A stretch of DNA of 41,749 bases from Malacoraja senta. Lineage: Eukaryota. The notes under the pieces are model-generated. The model saw only the letters and a list, made by a program, of their open reading frames with translations. It ran no database searches and had not been told where the DNA came from. Made by a program: the position numbers and the translations under genes. The stretch lies in contig JAXLNO010000461.1 of assembly GCA_038087875.1 (NCBI GenBank), positions 62,001-103,749 on the forward strand. The letters run 5' to 3'. Positions 14,698 through 26,012 of the stretch are shown here, one piece after another (position 1 is the stretch's first letter; every line of letters begins with the position of its first letter).

Positions 14698-14763
14698 GCG
14701 ACGAAAATTCCGCACACGAAAATGACAAAAATACTGGACGCGAAATGCAATTTAATTTCAGGA
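14698..14763. repeat. Short inverted block (~2.5 monomers) of the 25-bp satellite
   Basis: GCGACGAAAATTCCGCACACGAAAATGACAAAAAT...TTCAGGA reads as the reverse complement of the monomer. Confidence 0.85.
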
Positions 14764-15108
14764 TGTAGCGGCACCAAACGTGGTGAATAAGGCCAGACGT
14801 CAGGCAGGTTCATAGGATAGTTCATTGAGGTGTTACATGCTAGGTTGGTCCACTAACTATATTATCATTGCTGCTGTAGCTGTGCGAGGTTGTTCTCTCG
14901 AACTCAGCTACCTGTTGACTGCTAAGGTCTCGAGGTGAGATAACCTTAAGTAGCCCATGAGGTCACGTGCCAGCCCTCGTACCTACTGACGAGGGTTCGA
15001 CCATCAGTGGTCTGTGTATAGGCTGACGCCACAGGACCCACCCCCCAGAACTGGAGGGAGGAATATAATGGTCGAGGGCGGCTCCTGCATGTGGGTCGGC
15101 GACACCCC
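14764..15108 (-). mobile_element. LTR retrotransposon remnant (Gypsy-like): 3' LTR 14764-15033, polypurine tract ~15034-15048, ~60 bp internal sequence
   Basis: Termini TGTAGCGGC...GACGCCACA are TG..CA imperfect inverted ends. The adjacent GGACCCACCCCCCAGA is a G-rich PPT on the minus strand. Homologous to 33969-34336. Confidence 0.75.
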
Positions 15109-15110
15109 AG

Positions 15111-15919
15111 TTTTTGCATTCTCAAAGCTAACCACCGTTTGCATTTTCAAAGCAAACCGCCTTTTGCATTTTCAAAGCAAACCACCTTTAGCATTTTCAA
15201 AGCAAACCACCTTTTGCATTTTCAAAGCAAACCACCTTTTTGCATTTTCAAATCAAAACACCTTTTTTGCATTTTCGAAGCAAACCGCCATTTGCAGTTT
15301 CAAAACAAACCACAATTTGCATTATCAAAGCAAACCTTTTGCATTTTCAAACCAAACCTTTTGCATTTTCAAACCTAACCACCATTTGCATTTTTAATCA
15401 AAACCACCATTTGCATTTCAAACCAAACCACCATTTGCATTTTCAAACCAAACCACCATTTGATTTTTCAAACCAAACCACCATTTGCCTTTTCAAAGTA
15501 AACCTTCATTTGCATTTTCAAAGCAAACCTTATGCATTTTCAAAGCAAACCTTTTGCATTTTCAAAGCAAACCTTTTGCATTTTCAAAAAAAAATAACAA
15601 TTTGCATTTACAAACCAAACCAACATTTCCATTTTCAAACCAAATATTTTGCATTTTCAAACCAAATAATTTGCATTTTCAAACCACCATTTGCATTTTC
15701 AAACCAAACTACCATTTGCATTTTCAAACGAAACCATTTGCATTTTCAAACGAAACCACCTTTTGCATTTTCAAACCAAACAACCATTTACATTTTCAAA
15801 CCAAACCACCATTTGCATTTGCAAACCAAACCACCATTTGCATTTTCAAACCGAACCACCATTTGCATTTTCAAACCAAATCACCTTTTGCATTTTCAAA
15901 CCAAACCTCCTTTTGCATT
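15111..15919. repeat. AT-rich minisatellite, 25-bp unit TTTTGCATTTTCAAAGCAAACCACC with 22-bp variants (left part)
   Basis: Tandem TTTGCATTTTCAAA(G/C)CAAACC(ACC) units seen directly. Confidence 0.95.
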
Positions 15920-17743
15920 GGTAAGGCCATCAAAAAGGCCAAAAGGGACTTCTGCTCCAACTGGAGGATGAGACAGATGTTCGGCAGCTGTGGCGGGGCC
16001 TGAATGCAATCACCTCCTACAGTGCGAAATCAGGGGGTAGCTCGAATGTCGGCGTAGTATCACCCCCTGACGAGCTCAATGCGTTTTACGCACGCTTTGA
16101 TAGGGAGAACACTGATGTGCCTTCTCGAGCCCCCATTCGCTGTGATGGTATTTCAGTCAGACTCACAGAGGCCGGCGTCAGAAAAACCCTTCAGAGTGGT
16201 GAACCCTCGAAAAGTGCCCGGACCTGATGGTATACCCGGTCGTGTTCTAAAAACCTGTGCGGACCAACAGGCGGGAGTTTTTACTGACATTTTCAACCTC
16301 TCACTTCTGGGGTCTGAGGTTCCCAACTGCTTTAAAAAGGCATCAAGAAGAGCAAGGTGACGTACCTCAATGACTTTCGACCAGTGGCACTAACGCCTGT
16401 GGTGATGAAGTGCTTTGAGAGGTTGCTCATGGCGCAGATCAACTCCTACCTCGACAAAAACCTGGACCCACGGCAGTTCGCTTACCGTCACAACAGATCA
16501 ACGATGGATGCGATCTCGCTGACCCTCCACTCCGCTCTGGACCACTTGGACAACAAAAATTCATATGTCAGGCTGTTATTCATTGATTACAGCTCGGCAT
16601 TTAATAGAATCATCCCCTCCAAGCTGGTTACCAAACTCGCAGAACTGGGTCTGTGCGCATCCCTCTGCAATTGGATCCTCGACTTCTTCATTCACAGAAC
16701 ACAGACTGTTCAAATTGGTGGGAAGGTGTCAGCCTCGATAACAATCAGCACGGGAGCACCTCAAGGCTGCATGCTCAGCCCCCTGCTGTACTCTATATTC
16801 ATGAATGCGTAGCTGGTCATAGTGCGAACTCCATCATCAAGTTCGCTGACGACACCACTGTTGTGGAACGTATCACTGATGGGGACGCGTCAGAGTATAG
16901 AAGAGAGATCGACCGACTGACCATATGGTGCCAGCACAATAACCTGGCCTTCAATACCAGCAAAACCAAGGAACTGATTGTGGACTTTGGAAGAGATAGG
17001 ATGGGGACACACAGTCCCGTTTATATCAATGGGTCGATGGTGGAAAGGGTCAAGAGCTTCAAATTCCTGGGCGTGCACATCTCTGAAGATTTCTCCTGGT
17101 CCGAGAACCTGATGCAATTATAAAGTAAGCACATCAGCACCTCTACATCCTGAGATGTTTACGGAGAGTCGGTATGTCAAGGAGGACTCTCTCTAACTTC
17201 TACATGTGCACAGTAGAGAGCATGCTACTAGAGTTGCATCGTGGCTTGGTTCGGCAACTTGAGCGCCCTGGAGAGGAAAAGACTAGAACAAGTAATAAAC
17301 ACTGCCCAGTCCATCATCGGCTCTGACCTCCCTACCATCGAGGGGATCTATCGCAGTCGTTGCCTCAAAAAGGCTGGCAGCATCATCAAAGACCCACACG
17401 ATCCTGGCCACACATTCATCTCCCCGCTACCTTCAGGAAGAAGGTACAGGAGCCTGAAGTCTGCAACGTCCAGTTTCAGAAACAGCTTCTTCCCCACAGC
17501 CATCAGGCTATTGAACTCAACTTAAACAAAACTATGAACATTAATAGCCCATTATCTGTTTATTTGCACTTTATCTGTTTTATTTATTCAAGTGTGTATA
17601 TATTTATACAATGGTATATGGACACACTGATCTGTTCTGTATTCATGCCTTCTATATTCTGTTGTGCTGAAGCAAAGCAAGAATTTCATTGTCCTATCTG
17701 GGACACGTGACAATAAACTCTCTTGAATCTTGAACCTTGAATC
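15920..17743 (+). mobile_element. 5'-truncated, frameshifted Rex1/Babar-type non-LTR retrotransposon (reverse transcriptase)
   Basis: ORF pieces read [92 protein letters not shown] and LPSGRRYRS..SFFPTAIRLLN. AATAAA at 17712 is followed by a tandem CTTGAA(T/C) 3' tail. Confidence 0.88.
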
Positions 17744-18147
17744 GTTTGCATTTTCAAAGCAAACCACCTTTTACATTGTCAAAGCAAACCTTTTGCATTT
17801 TCAAAGGCAAACCATTTGCATTTTCAAAGCCAACCTTTTGCATTTTCAAAGCAATCCTTTTGCATTTTGACAGCAAACCACCTTTTGATTTTCAAAGCAA
17901 ACCGCCTTTTGCATTTTCAAAGCAAACCGCCTTTTGCATTTTCGAAGCAAACCGCTTTTTGCATTTTCAAAGCAAACCGCCTTGTGCATTTTCAAAGCAA
18001 ACCACCTTTTGCATTTTCAAAGCAAACCACCTTTTGCATTTTCAAAGCAAACCACCTTTTTCATTTTCAAAGCAAACCACTTTTTGCATTTTCAAAGCAA
18101 ACCACCGTTGCATTTTCAAAGCAAACCTTTTGCATTTTCAAAGCAAA
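17744..18147. repeat. AT-rich 25/22-bp minisatellite (right part, resumes after the Rex1 insertion)
   Basis: Same TTTTGCATTTTCAAAGCAAACC(A/G)CC unit as 15111-15919. Confidence 0.95.
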
Positions 18148-21100
18148 CATAGAAACATAGAAACATAGAAAATAGGAGCAGGAGGCCATTCGGCCCATCG
18201 ATCCAGCACCGCCATTCATTGTGATCATGGCTGATCGTCCCCTATCAATAACACGTGCCTGCCTTCTCCCCATATCCCTTGACTCCACTAGCCCCTAGAG
18301 CTCTAACTAACTCTTAAATCCATCCAGTGATTTGGCCTCCACTGCCCTCTGTGGCAGGGAATTCCATAAATTCACAACTCTCTGGGTGAAAAGTTTTTTC
18401 TCACCTCAGTCTTAAATGACCTGCCCTTTTTTTCTAAGACTGTGGCCCCTGGTTCTGGACTCGCCCAATATTGGGAACATTTTTCCTGCATCTAGTTTGT
18501 CCAGTCCTTTTATAATTGTATGTTTCTCTAAGATCCCACCTCATCCTTCTAAACTCCAGTGAATACAGCCTAGTCTTTTCAATCTTTCCGCATATGACAG
18601 TCCCGCCATCCCAGGGATCAATCTCGCGAACCTACGCTGCACTGCCTCAATCACAAGGATGGCTTTCCTCAAATTAGGAGACCAAAACTGTACACAATAC
18701 TCCAGATGTGATCTCACCAGAGCCCTATACAACTACAGAAGAACCTCTTTACTCCTATACTGAAATCCTCTTGTTATGAAGGCCAACATTCCATTTGCTT
18801 TCTTCATTGCCTTCACAGGTACTGTAAGCCAACTTTCAGTGACCGGTGTACAAGGACACCCAGGTCTCGCTGCACTTCCCCTTTACCTATCCTAACCCCA
18901 TTGCAATAATAATCTGCCCCCTTGTTTTTGCCGCCAAAGTGTATAACCTCACATTTATCTATATTATACTGGAAATCACTGGATGGATTTAAGAGAGAGT
19001 TAGATAGAGCTCTAGGGGCTAGTGGAGTCAAGGGATATGGGGAGAAGGCAGGCACGGGTCATTGATAGGGGACGATCAGCCATGATCACAATGAATGGCG
19101 GTGCTGGCTCGAAGGGCCGAATGGGCTCCTCCTGCACCTATTTTCTATGTTTCTATTTTTCTATGGATCTGCCACGCATCTGCCCACTCACTCAACCTGT
19201 CCAGGTCACCCTGCAACCTCCTAATACCCTCTTCACAGTTCAAATTGCCACCCAGCTTCGTGTCATCTGCAAACTTGCTAGTGTTGCTCCTAATTCCCTC
19301 TTCCAAATCATTAATATATATGGTAAACAGTTGCGGCCCCAACACCGAGTCTTCTGTCACTCCACTCGCCATTGCATGCCAGACTGAAAAGGATCCGTTC
19401 ACTCCTACTCTTTGCTTCCGGTCTGCCAACCAACTTTCTATCCATGTCAACAACCTACCCCCAATACCATGTGCTCTAATTTTAGTCACCAGTCTCCCGT
19501 GCGGGATCTTATCAAAGGCTTTCTGAAAGTCTAGATACATTACATCCACTGGCACCCCTTCATCCATTTTACTTGTCACGTCCTCCAAAAATTCCAGAAG
19601 ATTAGTCAAGCATGATTTCCCTTTCATAAATCCATGTTCACTTGGACTAATCCTTTTACTGCTATCCAAATGCCCCATTATTACCTCTTGACTAATTGAC
19701 TCCAGCAACTTTCCCACCACCGAAGTCAGGCTAACTGGTCTGTAATTCCCCGTTTTCTCTGTCGCTCCTTTCTTGAAAAGTGGGATAACATTAGCTATCC
19801 TCTAATCCACAGGAACTGATCCGGAATCTATTAAACATTGCAAAATGATCATAAATGCGTCCACTATTCCTGGAGCCTCCTCCCTGAGGACCCTGGGATG
19901 CAGACCATCAGGTCCAGGGGATTTATTATCCTTCAGTCCCATTAGCCGACCCAATACTGTTTCTCGCCTAATGAAAATGTATTTCAGTTCCTCTCCCCCC
20001 TTAGATCCTCTGTCCTCCAGTACATCTGGGAGATTGTTTGTGTCTTTCCCAGTGAAGACAGATCCGAAGTACCTATTCAATTCTTCTGCCATTTCCTTGT
20101 GGCCCATAATAATTTCACCCGTATCTGCCTTCAAGGGACCCACATTAGACTTTGGTACTATTTTTCCCTTAACATATCAAAAGAAGCTTTTACTGTCCTT
20201 CTTTATATTCCAGGCCAGCTTCCCTTCGTACTTCTTCTTTTCAGCCCGTATTGCCCGTTTTGTTCCCTTCTGTTGTCCTATGAAAGTTTTCAAATCCTCA
20301 GGCTTCCGGCTACTCTTTATTGTGTTATACATCTTTTCTTTTAGTTGTATTCCATCCTTAACTTCTCTTATCAGCCACGGTTGCCTCCTACTCCCCTTAG
20401 AATCGTTCTTCCTTTTTGGAATGAAATGATCATGCGTCTTCCGGATTATGCCCAGAAATTCCTGCCATTGCTGTTCCACCATCATTCCTGCTAGGATCCC
20501 TTTCCAGTCTACCTTGGCCAGCTCCCCTCTCATGCCTTCATAGACCCCTTTGTTCAACTGCATCACTGACACTTCCGATTTAACGTTCTCCTTCTCAAAT
20601 TGCAGATTAAAGCTAATCATATTATGATCACCACCTCCAAGCGGTTCCTTTACCTCGAGTTCTCTTATCATATCTGATTCATTGGACAACACTAAATCCA
20701 GAATTGCCTTTTCTCTGGTGGGCTCCATTACAAGCTGCTCTAACAATCCATCTCGGAGGCATTCTACACACTCTTTATTGGGGTCTTGAACCAACCTGAT
20801 TTTCCCAGTCTACCTTCATATTGAAATCCCCCATCAGCATAGTGGCATTACCTTTGTTACATGCCAGTTTTAACTCCTGCTGCAACTTACACCCTACATC
20901 CGGGCTACTATTTTGGGGTCTGTAGATAACACCAATTAGTGTCTTCTTTCCTTTACAATTCCTCAACTCAATCCACAGTGACTCTACCTCGTCAGTTCCT
21001 ATGTCTTCCCTCGTCAGTTCCTATGTCTTCCATCCTTCACCAGCAGAGCTACCCCTCTTCCTCTGCCCACCTGCCTGTCCTTTCTATAGGATGTATAACC

Positions 21101-21942
21101 CTAAATATTAAGTTCCCAGGCCCGATCCTCCTGCAGCCACGTCTCAGTAATCCCACAGTCATATCTACCAACCTCTAACTGAGACTCAAGCTCATCTACT
21201 TTACTTCTTATACTTCGCGCATTCATATACAATACTTTTAATTCCTTACGCATCTCACCTTTCACATCGATCCCTATTACATTTATCCATACTCTCCTAT
21301 CCCTTTGTGAGCTTCCTTTCCCGTTAATTCTGGGGTCATTAACCATCCCTTTCTTTCCCTTTAACTCTGCCCTCGACTATCCCATTTGATACCCCACCCC
21401 CCTTATTCAGTTTAAAACCACCCGTGTAACAGTGGCAAACCTGCCTGCCAGAATGCTGGTCCCCCACCTGTTAAGATGCAATCTGTCCCTTTTGTACAGT
21501 TCCCCCTTACTCCAAAAAAGATCCCAGTTATTTAAGAATCTAAATCCCTGCCCCCTGCACCAGTTCCTCAGCCACACATTCAAGTCCCGCATCTCCCTGT
21601 TCCTGCTCTCGCCAGCACTAGGAACTGGAAGCAAACCGAAGATAACAACACTGAAGGTCCTGCTTTTCAGCATTTTTCCGAGCTCTCTAAAGTCACGCTG
21701 CAGACTATACATCCCCTTCTTTCCGACATCGTTTGTGCCGACATGCACTACCACTTCCGACTGTTCACCTTCGCCCTTGAGGATTTTCTGCACTCTGTCC
21801 GTGACATCCTGGATCCTGGCACCAGGGAGGCAGCACACCATCCTCGCATCCCGTCTGTTGCCGCAGAAACCCCTGTCCGTACCTCTCACAATGGAGTCTC
21901 CAACTACAATGGCGTTGCCTGACGTTGGCCTCTTTGGTTTGG
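18145..21942 (-). mobile_element. Degenerate CR1 LINE: 3' tail, ORF2 (APE endonuclease + RT) and C-terminal part of ORF1 (SGNH esterase)
   Basis: (TTTCTATG)n tail on the minus strand at 18145-18170. RT motifs HGFMKGKSCLTNL, YLDFQKAFDK, LGPQLFTIYIND, KFADDTK, HLEYCVQFWSP. EN motifs YMNARSI, GITETW, GVIYRP, MGDFN, DHNMI. ORF1 motifs IVVGDSIVRG, CCLPGA, VHVGTND. Multiple stops and frameshifts. Confidence 0.93.
18972..19165 (+). mobile_element. Short CR1 3'-end copy nested in opposite orientation inside the CR1 RT region
   Basis: Near reverse complement of 18148-18333, ending in TTTCTATGTTTCTATTTTTCTATG. It interrupts the host motif WQ(M)QYNIDKC, which is intact in the relative at ~31210-31240. 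Confidence 0.88.
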
Positions 21943-21943
21943 G

Positions 21944-23621
21944 CTACAGAGTGTCACTCCATCAGTGCTGCCATACATTTGGTCACTTCATCAGTATTAC
22001 TCCGCAGTGTGTAACTCCATCAGTACTTCCCCACTGTGTATCCATCAGCACTACTCCACTGTGTGTCAATCCCAGTACGACCCCATAGTGTGTCACGTGA
22101 TCAGTACTACCCCGACGTTTGTCACTCCATCAGGACTACTCCACAGTGTGTCACTCCATCAGTGCTACCACAAATGGTGTCACTCCATCAGTGAGGCTCC
22201 CCAGTATGTCACCCCATCTGTACTTCCCCACGGTCTGTCAGTCCATCAGTGATACACCGAAGTTTGTCACTCCATCAGTACTATCCTACAGTGTGCCACT
22301 CCATCAGCTCTGTCACACAGTGCCAGTCCATCAGTACTATGCCACAGTGTCACCCCGTCAATCCTATCCCACAGTATGCCACTACATCAGTGCATCACCC
22401 TATCAGTACTACCCCACAGTGTCACTCCATCAGTATCTCTCCACAGTATGTCACTCCATCAGTACCACCACAGTGCGTGCATCCATCAGTATCACCAGAG
22501 TGTGTCACTCCATCGGTACCAACGCAGTGCGACAATCCACCAATATCACCAGTGTGTCCCTCCATCAGTACCACCACAGTGTTTCCCTCCATCAGTACCA
22601 GCAGTGTGCCCCTCCATCAGTACCACCGCACAGTGTGTGACTCCATCAATACCACCATAGTGTGGCACTCCATCAGTATCGCCACACAGTGTATCACTCC
22701 ATCAGTACCGCCACACAGTGTATCATTCCATCAGTACCACCACGGTGTGACACTCCATCAGCACTATCCAACTGTTTATGTGACATCATCAATACTATCC
22801 CTCAGTGCGTCTCTCCATCAGATCTACTTCACATGTTGCCACTCCATCAGTGCTATCCCACAGCGTGTCACTCGATCAGTACCACTCCGAAATTTGTCAC
22901 TCCATCAGGACTACACTACAGAGTGTCACTCCATCAGTGCTGCCATACATTTGATCACTTTATCAGTACTACTCCGCAGAGTGTCAGTCCATCAGTACTT
23001 CCCCAAAGTTTATCACTCCATCAGCACCACCCCACTGTGTCTGTTCCAGTACGACCCCATAGTGTGTCACATCATCATTACTACCCCGACGTTTGTTACT
23101 CCATCAGGACTACTCCACAGTGTGTCACTCCATCAAGACGACCACAAAGTGTGTCACCCCATCAGTTCCACCACATTGTGTCACTCCATCAGTACCACCA
23201 CAGCGTAAACTCCATCAGTACCACCACAGTCAATACATCAGTACCACCACAGTAGAACCTTTCATCAGTACCACCACAGTTCACCCCTCCATCAGTACCA
23301 CCAGTGTGTCACTCCATCAGTACCACCACAGTGTGTCCCTCCATCAGTACCACCACAGTGTGTCCCTCCATCAGTACCACCACAGTGTGTGCCTCCATCA
23401 GTCCCACCACAGTGTGTCGCTCAATCAGTACCACCACAGTGTGTCCCTCCATCAGTACCACCACAGTGTGTCACTGCGTCAGTACCACCACAGTGCGCCA
23501 CTCCATCAGTACCACCACAGTGTGTCACTCCATCAGTACCACCTCAGTGTGTCACTGCCTCAGTACTGCCCCAATTTTATCCCCCCATCAGTACTATCCC
23601 ACTGTGTGCCACTCCATCAGT
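21944..23621. repeat. Minisatellite, 27-bp unit CAGTGTGTCACTCCATCAGTACCACCA with 29-bp variants
   Basis: CTCCATCAGTA recurs every 27-29 nt. The block at 21944 is repeated at 22916. Confidence 0.95.
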
Positions 23622-23741
23622 GGCGGGAGAGAGGGCAGCCCAGAGAGGGGGAATAGAGAGCGTAGGAGAGAGAGAGAGAGAAACAGTTCAGAGAGAGTGA
23701 CAGCAGTAAGGATGGAGGGAGAGAGAAAGAGAGGAGGGAGA
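23622..23741. repeat. GA-rich low-complexity tract
   Basis: (GA)n-rich polypurine sequence. Confidence 0.7.
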
Positions 23742-23834
23742 GTTGCTGCATCATTCGCCGTTTCATTTAGGTTTCGGACAATTCTGAGGCGGCAATGTTT
23801 CTGTTCTCTGAGTGTCGTGAGTCTTTGAGTCGTT

Positions 23835-24000
23835 CCCCCTCAGAGGTGATGAAGGCAGAGAATGTTATTCTCCCATGGTATAGTCAGATCTATTCCAGGC
23901 AAGCAGGGAGTGAATGGTTACCGGGGTCAGCGGGAGTGTTGAGTTGAGGTTACAGTCAGTGAAGCCGCGATCATATTGAGTGGTGAAGCAGAGTGGAGGG
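23835..24000 (+). mobile_element. Old, highly decayed CR1-type 3' end
   Basis: GAGTTGAGGTTACAGTCAG..AGCCGCGATCATATTGAGTGGTGAAGCAG loosely resembles the CR1 3' UTR seen at 19070-19110 (CAGCCATGATCACAATGAATGGCGGTGCTGG). Confidence 0.35.
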
Positions 24001-24434
24001 GGGGTGGGGATTTTGGTCCGATGTGATCAGTTGAACTAATTCCTCAACCTGTGGACAAAGGTCGCCCAGTCCAGCCCCCCTTCAAACTGGGCACCAGAAG
24101 CCCTGAGAGGGTCCCTGGAATTTGGCATTGCCTTGGGGAGTGAAACGGATTGAAGGAAATCAGACAAACAACATGAGGTGGGGAGTTGGATCTGATGGAG
24201 TTTGAAACAATATCCTCTTTGCTGGAACAACGCCGCCTCTCCCAATTTCCATCCCCCAGTATCTATCGCCACAATTCCCAGTCATTGGAGTTTCTCAATC
24301 AATTCCCTGAATAAATCACAACCTGTCTCAGCGGGGATTTCACTCGGCTGATGTCATCTGTTTGCGAATAATTTCAAAATCTCTATTTTTTAACTCTGTT
24401 GAAACTTCACTTTCCCTGTGGAGACGGAAAATGG

Positions 24435-24441
24435 TATAAAA
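24435..24441 (+). promoter_or_regulatory. Candidate TATA box of the GPCR gene
   Basis: TATAAAA lies ~85 bp upstream of the presumed ATG (24522). Positional evidence only. Confidence 0.4.
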
Positions 24442-24521
24442 TCTACAGGAATGTTCTGCCTCAGCATTTCATTCCGAGACATTACCGGTAGCTCACGGGG
24501 ACACATCGCTGGGCGGAGAAA

Positions 24522-24596
24522 ATGTGGTAAAACTTTATGAATATTACGACGTGCAGAAAATCCTGTACGTGATCATTGCTGCCGTTGGAGTCCCTG
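24522..24596 (+). pseudogene. Orphan class A GPCR (GPR139/GPR142-like family) copy A, coding exon 1
   Basis: Encodes YDVQKILYVIIAAVGVP (first half of TM1), then the donor G|GTAAGT at 24597. The phase-1 join to the acceptor at 26011-26012 gives GVP-V-NLVAIVIL. The ATG at 24522 is followed by TGG TAA and is out of frame with the TM1 codons. Confidence 0.8.
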
Positions 24597-25046
24597 GTAA
24601 GTGAGCAGAACAATTCAAGTTGTATAACTCCGTGTGTTAACTGGTGTTGATCTGAATCTGATCATGTTACAAGTTCCCAACTGATGATCGTTGTACAAGA
24701 ATATATGCAGAATATCAATCCTCTCAGTGAAATATATTTGTGAATTAACGCTGCTGTGAATTTTCTTATTTTCAGACAGCTGAAACTAACCCTCTTTTTC
24801 TCTCACTGCTACCGGCCAGGACCCACTAGAATGTTGTTCTTGCCTTCAGTGGCACCTTGACCTGAGTTGTCCCACTGCTCGGGACAGGCAGGCAGGCAGC
24901 TCTCCGGGACGGTGTGACTGGGAGAGAGGGGTTCACATTGTGACGTTCACTGTGTCTGAGATTGATCAGAGTGAACACCCGCTCCTGTGGACACTGTGTC
25001 TCACTGTGGAGTCCGTCACCTTCGCATTCCACAGCATGTTGGTCAA

Positions 25047-25460
25047 TAACCATATAACAATTACAGCATGGAAACAGGCCATCTCGGCCCTTCAAGTCCA
25101 TGCCGAACACTTTTTCTCCCCTAGTCCCATAGACCTGCACTCGGACCATAACCCTTCATTCCTTTCTCGTCCATATACCCATCCAATCTATTTTTAAATG
25201 ATAAAATCGAACCTGCCTCCACCACTTCCACTGGAAGCTCATTCCACAGAGCTATCACTCTCTGAGTAAAGAAGTTCCCCCTAATGTTACCCCTAAACTT
25301 CTGTCCCTTAATTCTCAAGTCATGTCCTCTTGTTTGAATCTTCCCTACTCTCAATGGGAAAAGCTTATCCACGTCAACTCGGTCTATCCCTCTCATCATT
25401 TTAATGACCTCTATCAAGTCCCCCATTAACCTTCTGCGCTCCAAAGAATAAAGACCTAAA
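25047..25460 (-). mobile_element. 5'-truncated CR1 3' fragment in the GPCR intron
   Basis: LGLYSLERRRLMGDLIEVIKMMRG...TRGHDLRI...FFTQRVIALWNELP is the typical CR1 ORF2 C-terminus. It is followed by a 3' UTR and a short TTATATGG-type tail. Confidence 0.85.
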
Positions 25461-26012
25461 TAATAATTTGATCGATCTCCTGAACCAGTGGCCGCGTATC
25501 TACCGGCGTGTGTGCGTGCGTGTGTTGTTACTGAACTGAACTCACTGTGGAATGAATCCATTAATGGAGCCACTCTGCTGCCGGATTCTAAGTTGTCCCT
25601 GCCTTCCCTCTGGAAGTCTCCTCGTCCCCATCAGATGCCGAGTTCCCAGAGCCCTGGTTAAACGCGGCCGTTCACGGTTAAGTCTGTGAAAACGGCCCCA
25701 TCAGAGACTGGGAGCAGCAGGGTTAACGGACCATTCCGCTCAACTATAGAAAGAACAATTCCGCCTATTATAGCGGGTGGCTGCTCGTTCCCTCCCCGCC
25801 CTCTACCCCACCCGCCCGTCGCCTTATCTCTTCTTCCCTGAAGCAGGCAGGCAGGTCGGGCACAGTCGGAGCCGGCTCTGACATTGTTAAACTTGCAGCA
25901 GCCGCGCACCGACTCCAACACTCCTGATCTTGAGCTGAAAGTCGAGTCGGTGTTCAGCCCCAGAGACCGTGTTGAGTAAATGTCCAGTGTTCGTTCCCTT
26001 GTCTTTCCGCAG

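Noticed and set aside
15014..18168. ORFs with LHFQSKPPFAFSKQ repeats
   Set aside because: These are stop-free readings of the AT-rich minisatellite.
21965..23828. His-rich or mucin-like (SVSLHQYHH / TPSVPPQ / SISTTT) ORFs
   Set aside because: All three frames of a 27-bp repeat are open, frequent 29-bp units break frame, and there is no splice or signal evidence.
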